This document shows, one piece after another, positions 47,444 to 57,057 of a stretch of DNA of 64,000 bases; position 1 is the first letter of the stretch; the number at the start of each line of letters is the position of its first letter. A program made the translations under genes and the position numbers. The notes below the pieces were generated by a model, which ran no database searches, had not been told where the DNA came from, and saw nothing but the letters and a program-made list of their open reading frames with translations. Origin of the DNA: Candidatus Bathyarchaeum tardum (lineage in GTDB: Archaea; Thermoproteota; Bathyarchaeia; Bathyarchaeales; Bathyarchaeaceae); contig CP122380.1 in the NCBI GenBank assembly GCA_024650005.2, positions 1,024,001 through 1,088,000 of the forward strand, written 5' to 3'.

Positions 47444-49798
47444 TTGTTGTCAAAACGTGCTGGATTGATTGTTTTCTTAGCTATCGTGGCACTTGCTAGT
47501 ATTTTAGCTCTCTTAGATATCAGAGAATCCGTAGTTATTCCCCTCCTTACATCTTCGATCAACATCGTCTTTCGGGTGGGAGCATTATCCGTTGTTGCAT
47601 TCATTTCTGCTAAAAGTTACTTGAAGAATGGGTCTTTCCAGCTTCTCTTAATTGGCAGCAGCATGGTAGCATTTGCCGTCGGAGCAATGCTTAATTCGGT
47701 GGGTATGTTGCTGGCTTTTCCTGAATGGATAAACTTCGCTTTAAGCATGATAACTATATCATTTCTCACGTTTGCCGCCCTTAACCTATTGGCTGCAATC
47801 ATTCTCTTCTTTAGAAGAAAGGTTTTCCATCCCACACCAACAGTATTGAAGCGAAACCTATTCCTTGGCTATCTTAGTGCAGCAATCCTGATGGTTGCAA
47901 TCGGCTGGATAGTAATGGCTGGAATTATCCCACCCTTTGCAATAGCAAGAGAGTACACTCTGACACGCAATTTTACATTAACTGGCGCTCTTGTCCTATT
48001 CCTACTTAGTACAATGGTTATGAGTAAAGTGTATTTCGAGTCAAAATCAAAAGTGCTATTCTGGTACACTCTGGGCTTGGGCTTGCATGTGGTGAGTGTC
48101 TCTTCGCTGCTTCTGGCGTTCAGTGCTGGCACTCCATTGTCATGGTTGGGTTCTGTTGCCCAGTGTTTTGGAAGTGTCTTCTTGGTTATTGCATTGCTTG
48201 CAGGTTACAAAACCCCAGATATCGTTAACGGTTGGACGGATGCATTTAAGCGAGATAAACGGCAGTTAAGCCAGCTTTTCTTGCATATGAACACGGGTTT
48301 TGCCTATTCCAAAATGATGTTTGATATTCAGGGAAAACCAATAGACTACGTTTTCATAGAGGTTAACGATGCTTTTGAGGGGTTAACTGGACTTAAAAGG
48401 TCTGCTGTCTTGAATAGAAGAGCTACAGAGATTATTCCGGGCATAGAGAAAGACCCCGCAGATTGGATAGGCATTTTTGGAAAGGTCGCTTCAACAGGGC
48501 AACCTGCAAAGTTTGAGAATTACTCAGAGCAACTTCGTCGATGGTACTCAGTGTCTTCTTACAGTTCGGAAAAAGGCTTTTTTGTGGCTCTATTTGAGGA
48601 TATCACCGACCGAAAGCGTACAGAAGAGGCTATGCGCGAAAGTGAGGCGCGGCTGGTCGAGGTTGAACGGGATTTGACTCGTGCTCAGACTGTTGGGAAA
48701 ATTGGCAATTGGCGACTTGACACTAAACGTAACGTTTTGCTTTGGTCTGATGAGAACTATAGAATATTTGGAGTGCCCAAAGGCACACCTCTGACTTATG
48801 AAATCTTTCTTAGCATTGTGCATCCTGATGACAGGAAATATGTTGATGAGAACGTGAAGGCGGGATTTGAAGGCAAACTGTATGATGTGGAACATCGGAT
48901 AATTGTTGATGGGAAAATAAAGTGGGTGCGAGAAAAATCTGAATTAGAGTTCGACCCAGACGGCACACTGCGGGGAGTATTTGGGACCACTCAGGATATT
49001 ACCGATTTAATGGAAACGCGACTTAAGCTTGATTTCTATAATAAACATCTAGAGGACCTTGTTGAAGAGAAGAGTAAGCAGCTTAGAGATGCCGAAAGGC
49101 TCGCAGCAATCGGTACAACGGCTGGCATGATTGGGCATGATATCCGTAATCCCCTGCAGGGCATTGATGGTAGTATTTATTTGGCAAAAGAGAGCGTCAT
49201 TTCATCATCGGCTAAGAGTGACGAGAAAAAGGAGCTGCTGGATGAGCTTGAGTTGATTAGCCAGCAAGTAGCATACATAGATCATATGGTTGCGGATCTT
49301 CAGGACTTTGCCAAGACAATTATACCTAAAAAAGAGGAAATAGACATCTCTAAATTAATTATTGAGTCTCTTTCTATGGTCAAAATTCCTGATGTTATTA
49401 ATGTTAATGTTGCTTTGCCTGATGAGCCCGTAATATTGGCTGTTGATCCATTACATATGAAGCGCGTTTTTTCGAATTTAATCAAGAATGCTGTCCAAGC
49501 CATGCCTAATGGAGGAGAATTGTCCATCATTGTTTTCCGCAAGGATGTTCATTTATGGATCCGTTTTGAGGATAGCGGTGGTGGAATTGCAGAAGAAGTT
49601 AAGCCGAAGATTTTCACGCCTTTGTTTACTACAAAGTCTAAGGGGCAGGGTTTTGGGTTGGCTGTCTGCAAAAAGATTGTTGAGGCTCATTCAGGAGAGA
49701 TAACTTTTGAGAGCAAAAAAGGAAAAGGCGCTACCTTCATAATAAAATTACGTACAAACGGGGTTGATGATGTTTGGAGAAGAAGAGGATTCTCATAG
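47444..49798 (+). CDS. Membrane sensor histidine kinase with two PAS domains
   Basis: N-terminal multi-TM region; EVNDAFE and WSDENYRIFG/VHPDDR PAS; HDIRNPL, NAVQAM, DSGGG, FTTK, GFGL. Confidence 0.93.
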   Translation: MLSKRAGLIVFLAIVALASILALLDIRESVVIPLLTSSINIVFRVGALSVVAFISAKSYLKNGSFQLLLIGSSMVAFAVGAMLNSVGMLLAFPEWINFALSMITISFLTFAALNLLAAIILFFRRKVFHPTPTVLKRNLFLGYLSAAILMVAIGWIVMAGIIPPFAIAREYTLTRNFTLTGALVLFLLSTMVMSKVYFESKSKVLFWYTLGLGLHVVSVSSLLLAFSAGTPLSWLGSVAQCFGSVFLVIALLAGYKTPDIVNGWTDAFKRDKRQLSQLFLHMNTGFAYSKMMFDIQGKPIDYVFIEVNDAFEGLTGLKRSAVLNRRATEIIPGIEKDPADWIGIFGKVASTGQPAKFENYSEQLRRWYSVSSYSSEKGFFVALFEDITDRKRTEEAMRESEARLVEVERDLTRAQTVGKIGNWRLDTKRNVLLWSDENYRIFGVPKGTPLTYEIFLSIVHPDDRKYVDENVKAGFEGKLYDVEHRIIVDGKIKWVREKSELEFDPDGTLRGVFGTTQDITDLMETRLKLDFYNKHLEDLVEEKSKQLRDAERLAAIGTTAGMIGHDIRNPLQGIDGSIYLAKESVISSSAKSDEKKELLDELELISQQVAYIDHMVADLQDFAKTIIPKKEEIDISKLIIESLSMVKIPDVINVNVALPDEPVILAVDPLHMKRVFSNLIKNAVQAMPNGGELSIIVFRKDVHLWIRFEDSGGGIAEEVKPKIFTPLFTTKSKGQGFGLAVCKKIVEAHSGEITFESKKGKGATFIIKLRTNGVDDVWRRRGFS

Positions 49799-50126
49799 TT
49801 GACGACGACGGATTATCATAAATGTGTTTTCTCGAATTCTGCAGAACCAAGGATACATTGTATACGCTGTTGAAACAGGGAAAAACCATGGATAAAATGG
49901 ACACTCAGAAATATGATCTGACTTTGATTGACGTGAAGCTTCCAGGCATTGACGGAAGGGTTCTTCTTCCAAGAATTCATTCATTTCATCCTGAAATGGT
50001 AAAGATTGTTATCACGGATTTCCCTCTTTAAAAGATGCAAACCAAATTATGTGACAAGGAGCAACAGCTTATCTGGTAAAGCCAGTAAAATCAGAAGAAT
50101 TAGTCAAATTAATCAACAAAAACTAG
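49774..50126 (+). pseudogene. Frameshifted stand-alone response regulator
   Basis: MEKKRILIVDDD / DLTLIDVKLPGIDG / GATAYLVKPV pieces in different frames. Confidence 0.88.
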
Positions 50127-50198
50127 AAATGCACTAGACTTAGAAGAGCCAAAATTCATTTTTGTGTTGTTGTTTTTGGTATCCTTATTAGGTTCCAT

Positions 50199-50840
50199 TT
50201 GTTGGTATTGCTCATCATGCTAACTGATTGTAGTTCTAGTTCCCCTGCTGATTTCGGTTGCAGTTTGGCGGATTTCGTTTCGAAATATTTATCTCCTCCG
50301 ACTGTGGCCATAGTGGCAACTGTTCTGTTTTCTTTGTGGTCTCCTATTGGGTTGGGTTCTCTTGGTCCGGTTTTAAGCATCGTTTTTAGTTTTTTATTGT
50401 TTGCTTTTTTTCCTTTTTTGCCTGTGATTTACTTCTATAAAAAGAAAACCGTAGACCTTTACGTTTCAAAGCGAGAAGAACGTTTACCTTTTTTATTGTA
50501 TGCCCTAGTTAGTTACTTGTCAGCGGCTATTTTGTTCTTTTTTACAGACACGACAATTTTGTTTTTGTTGGCTTTGGGTTACGTTTCAGTGACCGCTGTT
50601 TTGATAATTGTTAACCAATTCTCAAAAGTCAGCATTCACTGTGCTGGAGTAACCGGACCAATATTCGCTCTAGTTTTCGTTTTCGGTATCGAGATTATTC
50701 CAATATCTGTAATCATAATTCTAGTCTGCTGGTCCCGAATAAAACTAAAAAACCACACTCTCACACAAACCCTTGCAGGAACGCTAATTGCCCTAACAAT
50801 TGGACTAATAGAATACAACCTACTTTATCCAATAAACTAA
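50199..50840 (+). CDS. PAP2-like integral membrane protein
   Basis: KVSIHCAG, WSRIKLKNHT motifs; multiple TMs. Confidence 0.72.
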   Translation: MLVLLIMLTDCSSSSPADFGCSLADFVSKYLSPPTVAIVATVLFSLWSPIGLGSLGPVLSIVFSFLLFAFFPFLPVIYFYKKKTVDLYVSKREERLPFLLYALVSYLSAAILFFFTDTTILFLLALGYVSVTAVLIIVNQFSKVSIHCAGVTGPIFALVFVFGIEIIPISVIIILVCWSRIKLKNHTLTQTLAGTLIALTIGLIEYNLLYPIN

Positions 50841-50883
50841 AAGATGTCGAATTTTTCTTTCAATTATTAAATTGATTATGTTT

Positions 50884-51900
50884 TTATTTCTTGTGTTGTT
50901 TATCAGTTAAAATATTTGAAAAGATGTTTAATGGCCATTTAGTAAATGCTTTATCAAATGAAATATCCATCTCTGTGATGCCATCAATTTTTTTAATCTT
51001 TTCTTCCACTGTAAACCAATCTTCAAAATCTTCTAAAGCAATTAATATTCTTATGCTATAAATTCCTAAGTGCCTTATTGCAACTATTACGTTAGGTATT
51101 TGAAGTAGTTCTGAATGAATTCTTCGTTCCTCGGCTTGATTCGAGATTTTTATGAATATTCGTGCAATGGCCTTATACCCCAGTTTTTGAAGGTTAACGG
51201 TTATCGATGACGTTGTCAAAACACCCTTTCTCAATCGATTATATTTGCGAATTACTGTTTGAGTAGGAATGTTGAGTTTTTTTCCAATGAATCTAAAAGG
51301 TTTTCTTGCATCATTTATCAGTATTTTTGCAATTTGTATATCTATTTCATCAAGTTCTATTTTCTTTTCATATTCTCCTTTCGAACTTATGCTATCTTCT
51401 GCTTTATTTTTATAGTTAAGTGGTTTTATAACAAGATTTTCCGGATGGTCCATATGGACTGGTTTAGTCCAAATGAGTGGTTTCATGTTTTTTATGTGTT
51501 CGCATTTTCCAATGTCTTCCATTATGCCACTGAGTTCATTAATCGATTTTAACAGCACAGCAATTCTGATGTTTTGGGGCCCAAACTGTTTTAATATTTT
51601 TTTTGTATACGGCTTATTTCTCAGAAATTGTTTTACTTTTTCATCGTTTTCAGGGGCTGTTTTCATTGTTATATCACACATGCAATCATAGCCCAGACTG
51701 TATGGGTTGACTTGCATTATTGCTCCGTTAATTATTCCAATTTTTTTTAACTTTAAAAATCTAGATCTAACTCCTGTAATGCTAATTTTACACTCTTTAG
51801 CAATTTCTGTAAATGTTGTTCGAGCTTCTTTTAAGAGGTTCCTCAAAATTATTGCATCAATTTCGTCAATTTTATTACTATCATTTTTTTTCATAAGCAA
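50884..51900 (-). CDS. Lrp/AsnC regulator with two tandem HTH-RAM modules
   Basis: IDEIDAIILRNLLKEARTTF and LDEIDIQIAKILINDARKPF HTHs. Confidence 0.88.
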   Translation of the reverse strand: MLMKKNDSNKIDEIDAIILRNLLKEARTTFTEIAKECKISITGVRSRFLKLKKIGIINGAIMQVNPYSLGYDCMCDITMKTAPENDEKVKQFLRNKPYTKKILKQFGPQNIRIAVLLKSINELSGIMEDIGKCEHIKNMKPLIWTKPVHMDHPENLVIKPLNYKNKAEDSISSKGEYEKKIELDEIDIQIAKILINDARKPFRFIGKKLNIPTQTVIRKYNRLRKGVLTTSSITVNLQKLGYKAIARIFIKISNQAEERRIHSELLQIPNVIVAIRHLGIYSIRILIALEDFEDWFTVEEKIKKIDGITEMDISFDKAFTKWPLNIFSNILTDKQHKK

Positions 51901-52082
51901 CTCGGAGATATTGTTGTTCCACTTTTTATTAAAAGCTTCTCTCTACACTTTCTTTTCTTTGTGACTATTTGCAGTAATAATCCTAAATATCATTAATTTA
52001 TCTCATTTTATCAGTGAAGTTTGGAAAATTTTAAATATGATTGTTTTGACTATACAATCAACAAATGATGAAAAATTGAGGA

Positions 52083-54605
52083 ATGAACATGAAAATCATT
52101 AAAAGCATCAAAAATTCGGCTATTCTTAGCTTGATTTTATTGTTGGCAATTTCTACCGCTGTCGTTACTTTACCCGCTGTATCTGCACAAGAATACACAG
52201 AGAAAACAACTTATGCATACATTGGGGCTACCCCTAATCCTGTTGGTGTTGGCCAAGAAGTGCTGCTTCACGTAGGAATCACTGATTACTTAGAGGTCGC
52301 AACTGATGGCTGGGAAGGTCTGACAGTAACAGTTACTGATCCCTTGGGGGACGTAACAGTTCTGGGGCCATACAGAAGCGATTCTACTGGTGGAACAGGT
52401 GCAGTATTCGTACCGACGATGGTAGGTACATACACTTTACAGACCAGTTTCCCTGAACAAGAATATACTTGGACTCCAGGTGGTCGTGCACCATTAGGTG
52501 GGGGCGATTTGCTCTATCTAGCCAGTACAAGTGACGTGCTAGAACTTGTTGTTCAAGACGAGCAAATAACATATTATCAAGCAAACTCACTTCCAAATGA
52601 ATACTGGAGCCGTCCAATAGATGCGCAACTTCGAGAATGGTGGACCATCGCCGGAAGCTGGCTAGAAGGCTCAGGCAGAGGCGGTGTAGTTATGCCATAC
52701 AATGACGGACCAGAAACAGCACACATACTATGGACAACTGCGTTAACAATGGGTGGGCTAGTTGGAGGAGATATGGGAGAATATGGAATGGTATGTGGAG
52801 ATGCATACGAAGGCAAGTACATTGATGCACTAATCATCAACGGAATCCTTTACTACAACAAATTTGAAGCCCAAGGAGGTAATGACGTAGACCAAGTTGT
52901 TGTTGCAATGGACCTTCACACAGGAGAAACACTTTGGGAGAACACATTGCTGGAGAACGAACAAATAGAATTTGGTCAAACCATGTATTGGGACACAATG
53001 AACAGCCACGGAGTTTATACATATCTGTGGGCGACTTCTGGAACCACATGGATGGCCTTTGATGCACAAACAGGGAGATGGGTATACAATATAACTGATG
53101 TACCTTCAGGAACTCGAACTTTTGGTCCAAATGGTGAGATTTTGATCTACAGCATCCGTAATGGCGTATTGACAAAATGGAACTCCACAGCAGTTTATTA
53201 CAACACCTTGCTTGAAGAAACCGATAACTACTACTATTATGCCGGTCGTTGGAGACCCCAAGGAAGAACCTTTGACGCATCATACGGAATTGACTTAACA
53301 GTTACATTACCCGATGGGTTCCCCTCAAGTGCATCGGCAATTTACGTTGATGATCGAATACTCGGAGTTACATCAACAACCACAAAAGTAACCTCTATTG
53401 CGGTGAGTTTAGAACCCGGAAACGAAGGAACAGTGTTATTTGAAAAGACATGGACTCCACCTTCTGAATGGGATACGGGCGACGTAACGATAAGCTTTGC
53501 TACAGGTTCCCCTGACGATGGAGCTTATGCTTTATGGGTACAACAAATGAGAAAGTTTTACGTATTTGACATCGACACCGGCGAATATCGATGGACTTCT
53601 GAATCACAACATTACATGGACTATTATGCTGGTACCAACTACGTTATGGCTTATGGAAATCTCTATTCTGTGGGCTATGCGGGAATTGTGTATTGTTATG
53701 ATCTATCAACTGGTACTATTGAATGGACTTATGTTGCAGACGATCCTTTGCATGAAATCTTGTGGGGCAATAACTGGCCTTTGAGAATACAATTTGTCAC
53801 TGATGGAAGAATCTACATCGGTATGGAAGAGCATTCTTCTGTTGATCCAAAACCACGTGGTGCTCCATACTTCTGTCTAGATTGCAATACTGGAGAAGAA
53901 GTCTGGCGAATTGATGGTGCCTTCCGACAAACACACTGGGGTGGAAACTCAATCATCGGAGATGGAATAATAGCAACTATGGACACTTACGATCAACGTA
54001 TATACGCCATTGGTAAAGGTCCATCAGCTTTAACCGTGGAATCACCAAAGAGCGGAATCACGGCAGGTTCAATGGTAACCCTTACAGGAACAGTAATGGA
54101 CATATCCCCCGGAACTCAATCTTCTGAAATTGCAATGAGGTTCCCCAGTGGTGTTCCAGCAATTGCAGATGAAGACATGAGCGCGTGGATGATGTATGTC
54201 TACAAACAATTTGAACGACCAGCAAACATAAATGGAGTTCCAGTGAAAATCGAAATCGTTGACCCAAATGGTGAGTATGCCTGGATTGGAACTGCAACAA
54301 CTGATGTTTACGGCAACTACGGTTATTCATTTAGGCCCCAAGTTGAAGGCCAATACATGATTATAGCCACTTTCGAAGGCTCCGCTTCATACTACGGCTC
54401 AACATCTACAACATACTTCGGCGTAGACTCATCACTTACGCCTGCAACACCTATTGAACCTGAACAACCCGTAGACCCTGAAATACCAGTAGACTCTGAA
54501 AAACCCGCAGCTTCCTTCATTACAACAGAAGTTGCAATCATTGCAGCAGTTGCAGTAGCAGCAGTAATCGGTGTAGCCGCTTACTGGTTCCTAAAACTCA
54601 AGTAA
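52083..54605 (+). CDS. PQQ-like beta-propeller surface protein with C-terminal anchor
   Basis: Signal peptide; repeated xDxxTGxxxW; PNPVGVGQ; C-terminal Ig-like domain and TM. Confidence 0.88.
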   Translation: MNMKIIKSIKNSAILSLILLLAISTAVVTLPAVSAQEYTEKTTYAYIGATPNPVGVGQEVLLHVGITDYLEVATDGWEGLTVTVTDPLGDVTVLGPYRSDSTGGTGAVFVPTMVGTYTLQTSFPEQEYTWTPGGRAPLGGGDLLYLASTSDVLELVVQDEQITYYQANSLPNEYWSRPIDAQLREWWTIAGSWLEGSGRGGVVMPYNDGPETAHILWTTALTMGGLVGGDMGEYGMVCGDAYEGKYIDALIINGILYYNKFEAQGGNDVDQVVVAMDLHTGETLWENTLLENEQIEFGQTMYWDTMNSHGVYTYLWATSGTTWMAFDAQTGRWVYNITDVPSGTRTFGPNGEILIYSIRNGVLTKWNSTAVYYNTLLEETDNYYYYAGRWRPQGRTFDASYGIDLTVTLPDGFPSSASAIYVDDRILGVTSTTTKVTSIAVSLEPGNEGTVLFEKTWTPPSEWDTGDVTISFATGSPDDGAYALWVQQMRKFYVFDIDTGEYRWTSESQHYMDYYAGTNYVMAYGNLYSVGYAGIVYCYDLSTGTIEWTYVADDPLHEILWGNNWPLRIQFVTDGRIYIGMEEHSSVDPKPRGAPYFCLDCNTGEEVWRIDGAFRQTHWGGNSIIGDGIIATMDTYDQRIYAIGKGPSALTVESPKSGITAGSMVTLTGTVMDISPGTQSSEIAMRFPSGVPAIADEDMSAWMMYVYKQFERPANINGVPVKIEIVDPNGEYAWIGTATTDVYGNYGYSFRPQVEGQYMIIATFEGSASYYGSTSTTYFGVDSSLTPATPIEPEQPVDPEIPVDSEKPAASFITTEVAIIAAVAVAAVIGVAAYWFLKLK

Positions 54606-54648
54606 ACCCAAACATTTTTTCTCCCTCCTTTTTCTGGGAGAAACCCAT

Positions 54649-54780
54649 TGAAGAAAAATGGGGCTGAAAAGGCTCGGGCATAAAAATGAAAAATTACCAA
54701 AGTGATAGTAGCATGGTTTTTTCATTTTTTCATTCCTTCTAGTATGTTGTGCTGGAGCCTCAGCAAACCCATTTTCTTCA
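54649..54780. repeat. Nested imperfect inverted repeat (~130 bp)
   Basis: TGAAGAAAAATGGG/CCCATTTTCTTCA, GCTGA/TCAGC, AGGCTC/GAGCCT, AAAAATGAAAAA/TTTTTCATTTTT arms in nested order. Confidence 0.7.
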
Positions 54781-54900
54781 TTTTTTGTTTTTAGCTATGT
54801 GTTTCTCTGAATTGTTGACATTCAGTAATGGCACTCTTTGTGCTTGTTTTTTATAACTGCTTTGTTCAAAATTTGAAATGAAAAGAAATCTAAGTTATTT

Positions 54901-54984
54901 TTGGGATGAGTTATCTACAAAAATAGGCCATAAGGCAAACCTTTAGGTCCTACACGTGATTAAATGCAGAAACACTCATCCCAA
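54901..54984. repeat. Inverted-repeat element with 11-bp perfect arms
   Basis: TTGGGATGAGT ... ACTCATCCCAA, with inner AAGG-CAAA-CCTT hairpin. Confidence 0.7.
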
Positions 54985-55146
54985 TAAATGTCGATTAGTG
55001 TTGAAATATAAAACTTCAGAACTTGAATTCCATATCTAAAATCAAGAAAAAAAATCAGTTTCGATTGTTGAACGTTTCTGGGCAAAAAATTTTTTAATAA
55101 GAACATACGGTATACTACTTACGGTTGTATAGAGGAGTTTTGGAAA

Positions 55147-55680
55147 ATGAACGATAAATCTAAGAAAAAAGAGACTGTAGAAACACCTCAACCAGAAAAC
55201 AATGTATCAATTCAACCACTAAGGGAAACAACTATTTCGCGGGGGTTCGATTCTATTTTCGAAGATTTTAGAAAATCCTTTGACGACCTGATGTCTCCTT
55301 TTTTGCCCATGCGGACATGGATGCCTGATGTCACACAAAATTGGCCTGTTAGAGCTGCTTTGGTTGACTTGGTTGATAATGGGGATCAATTTTTGGTAAG
55401 GGCTGAATTGCCTGGTTTTGAAAAAACTGATGTTGAAATATTGACAAACAAAGATACCTTGACGTTCCGGGCAGAAAAGAAGTCACAGCTTGAAGCGAAA
55501 GATAAAAACTATCTTCACAGGGAACGTACATATTCGTCTAGTAAACGAACAATTAATTTTCCTGAGGAAGTTGACCCTTCAAAAATTGTGGCAAAAATGA
55601 ATAATGGTGTCTTAGAAATTATTGCACCTAAGAAAGAGCCTGAACCGGATGAAAAACTAAGGAAAATAGAACTAAAATAA
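55147..55680 (+). CDS. Small heat shock protein (Hsp20/alpha-crystallin)
   Basis: AELPGF, HRER, A.MNNGVLEI..PK, C-terminal IEL. Confidence 0.95.
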   Translation: MNDKSKKKETVETPQPENNVSIQPLRETTISRGFDSIFEDFRKSFDDLMSPFLPMRTWMPDVTQNWPVRAALVDLVDNGDQFLVRAELPGFEKTDVEILTNKDTLTFRAEKKSQLEAKDKNYLHRERTYSSSKRTINFPEEVDPSKIVAKMNNGVLEIIAPKKEPEPDEKLRKIELK

Positions 55681-55719
55681 CTAAACTATTTTCCTTATCT
55701 TTTTTTTAAAAAAAAACTG

Positions 55720-55917
55720 GTGAAAAAAATGATTCAATATGCTTTAACAAAAGAAAAATATGGTCGTATCAAAAGCTTCAAAGGAAACTTAATTTGCAAA
55801 AAATGTGGTAAAGAACTTAAAATTGGTGATAACATCAAAGGTAACCGAAACAGTGGAACATCAAAACTTTACCATGATGAATGCTATGAGAGCCTTTTCA
55901 TTGATATAAAAGATTAA
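55720..55917 (+). CDS. Small zinc-finger protein
   Basis: CKKCG..L.IGD...YHDECY (C2HC). Confidence 0.72.
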   Translation: MKKMIQYALTKEKYGRIKSFKGNLICKKCGKELKIGDNIKGNRNSGTSKLYHDECYESLFIDIKD

Positions 55918-56069
55918 AAAGAACCGTAGAATAACTTGATGGCTAACTAAAAAACAAAATTTTTTCCTTCAGTAAGATGTTAGATTACATTGTTGTACTC
56001 GGGAATGGGGCTATCTGTAAATAGTTTCCAGAAAGTGTTTATTAATGCCCTTAATAGTGTACATCATTG

Positions 56070-56158
56070 AAGGTACCAAAGATCGTGTGCCCAGCGGGTT
56101 TCGTGGCCTTCAGAGAAGGTTGCGTCCGTGAACTAAACTTACGGCACACGGCACCTGA
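56070..56158 (+). ncRNA. Candidate structured small RNA
   Basis: GC-rich island folding into a long hairpin with G-U pairs, about 25 nt after a BRE/TATA-like GAAAGTGTTTATTAA. Confidence 0.5.
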
Positions 56159-56339
56159 ATTTCGTTAATTTTCATGAAAACTAATAATATGCTTTTGGGG
56201 GATTTTTTCTATATTTTTTCATCTTCCGCAAATCAAAAGGAATGCTTGTAAATGGTCTAAATGATCGGCATCCTCCGAAAACAATCCTGAACACGCTTTG
56301 AGGTTGCTGAAAAAAATTCTTTTTTTTCAAGTTATTTGA

Positions 56340-56635
56340 ATTAAGGGAAAGAGCCGAACGAAGCGAGGCGAATGAACTGCACTGATGCAAAATATAAAAT
56401 TCAACAAACCACGATGCAATACTAATCCCCCAAAACTTGCATTTATTCCTCACAGAAACTAAAATTGGTCAACTAATTGTAAGCTGCAACAAACACAATT
56501 GTTAGCTTTGAGGGGGATGAATATGATGTCAAAGTTGCAGAAACACGAAATGATATTACAAAATTACTGGAAGCAGGCTTTGAGTGGGTTGGAAAAGATA
56601 ACGATGGTTTAACTTACTTCCGAAAAAGGAAGTAA
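56340..56635 (+). pseudogene. Integrase C-terminal remnant
   Basis: FEGDEYDVKVAETRNDITKLLEAGFEWVGKDNDGLTYFRKRK*; same tail type as the 5224-5921 integrase; upstream part decayed. Confidence 0.7.
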
Positions 56636-56662
56636 AAAGCTTCAGATTTCGTCAAAAAGTAC

Positions 56663-56857
56663 CTATATCTCGCGTATTTCGCAGCTTAGTTTTTTGATTG
56701 TTTCTTCGGCTTTTGTGGGGTTTATTTTTATGGTGTATAATTTGTTGGGTGTGCGTAGTTTGAGTTTTACTTCGCGGTCTAGTCGTTTGATGTTGCAGTA
56801 TTCTGCTTTTTCTGCAATTTGTACAAATTTGTCTAGGTCATAGATTTCTACAGGCAT
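56663..56857 (-). CDS. rpl38e: Ribosomal protein eL38
   Basis: MPVEIYDLDKF...VKLKLRT..LYT...KAE matches the eL38 pattern MPxxIxDxxxF...VKFKVR..YLYTL...KAE. Confidence 0.82.
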   Translation of the reverse strand: MPVEIYDLDKFVQIAEKAEYCNIKRLDREVKLKLRTPNKLYTIKINPTKAEETIKKLSCEIREI

Positions 56858-57057
56858 GTTTTTTCGCTCTCGCAGGTTTCTATTGTTCTGTTTTCTCTAT
56901 ATTATGTCTTGTGGTTTTTTTAGGTTATACAAAATCAGAATTATTATATCGTAAGATTTAATTTATATGTGTGTTATCAAATAACTTACAAAACAAGACA
57001 AAAGGCGCCATAATACCACACTTTATGTCCAATTAGAAAATTTACAAAGGGAAATTT

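Noticed and set aside
54901-54984. c-di-GMP or SAM riboswitch, or hammerhead
   Set aside because: Only isolated words (GGCAAAC, TTATC, GATGAG..GAAAC) without the required surrounding structure.
56070-56158. tRNA, hammerhead ribozyme or C/D box RNA
   Set aside because: No TTCRA T-loop or cloverleaf; minus-strand CTGAAGG...GAAA lacks correct core and stems; CTGA at the 3' end has no convincing C box.
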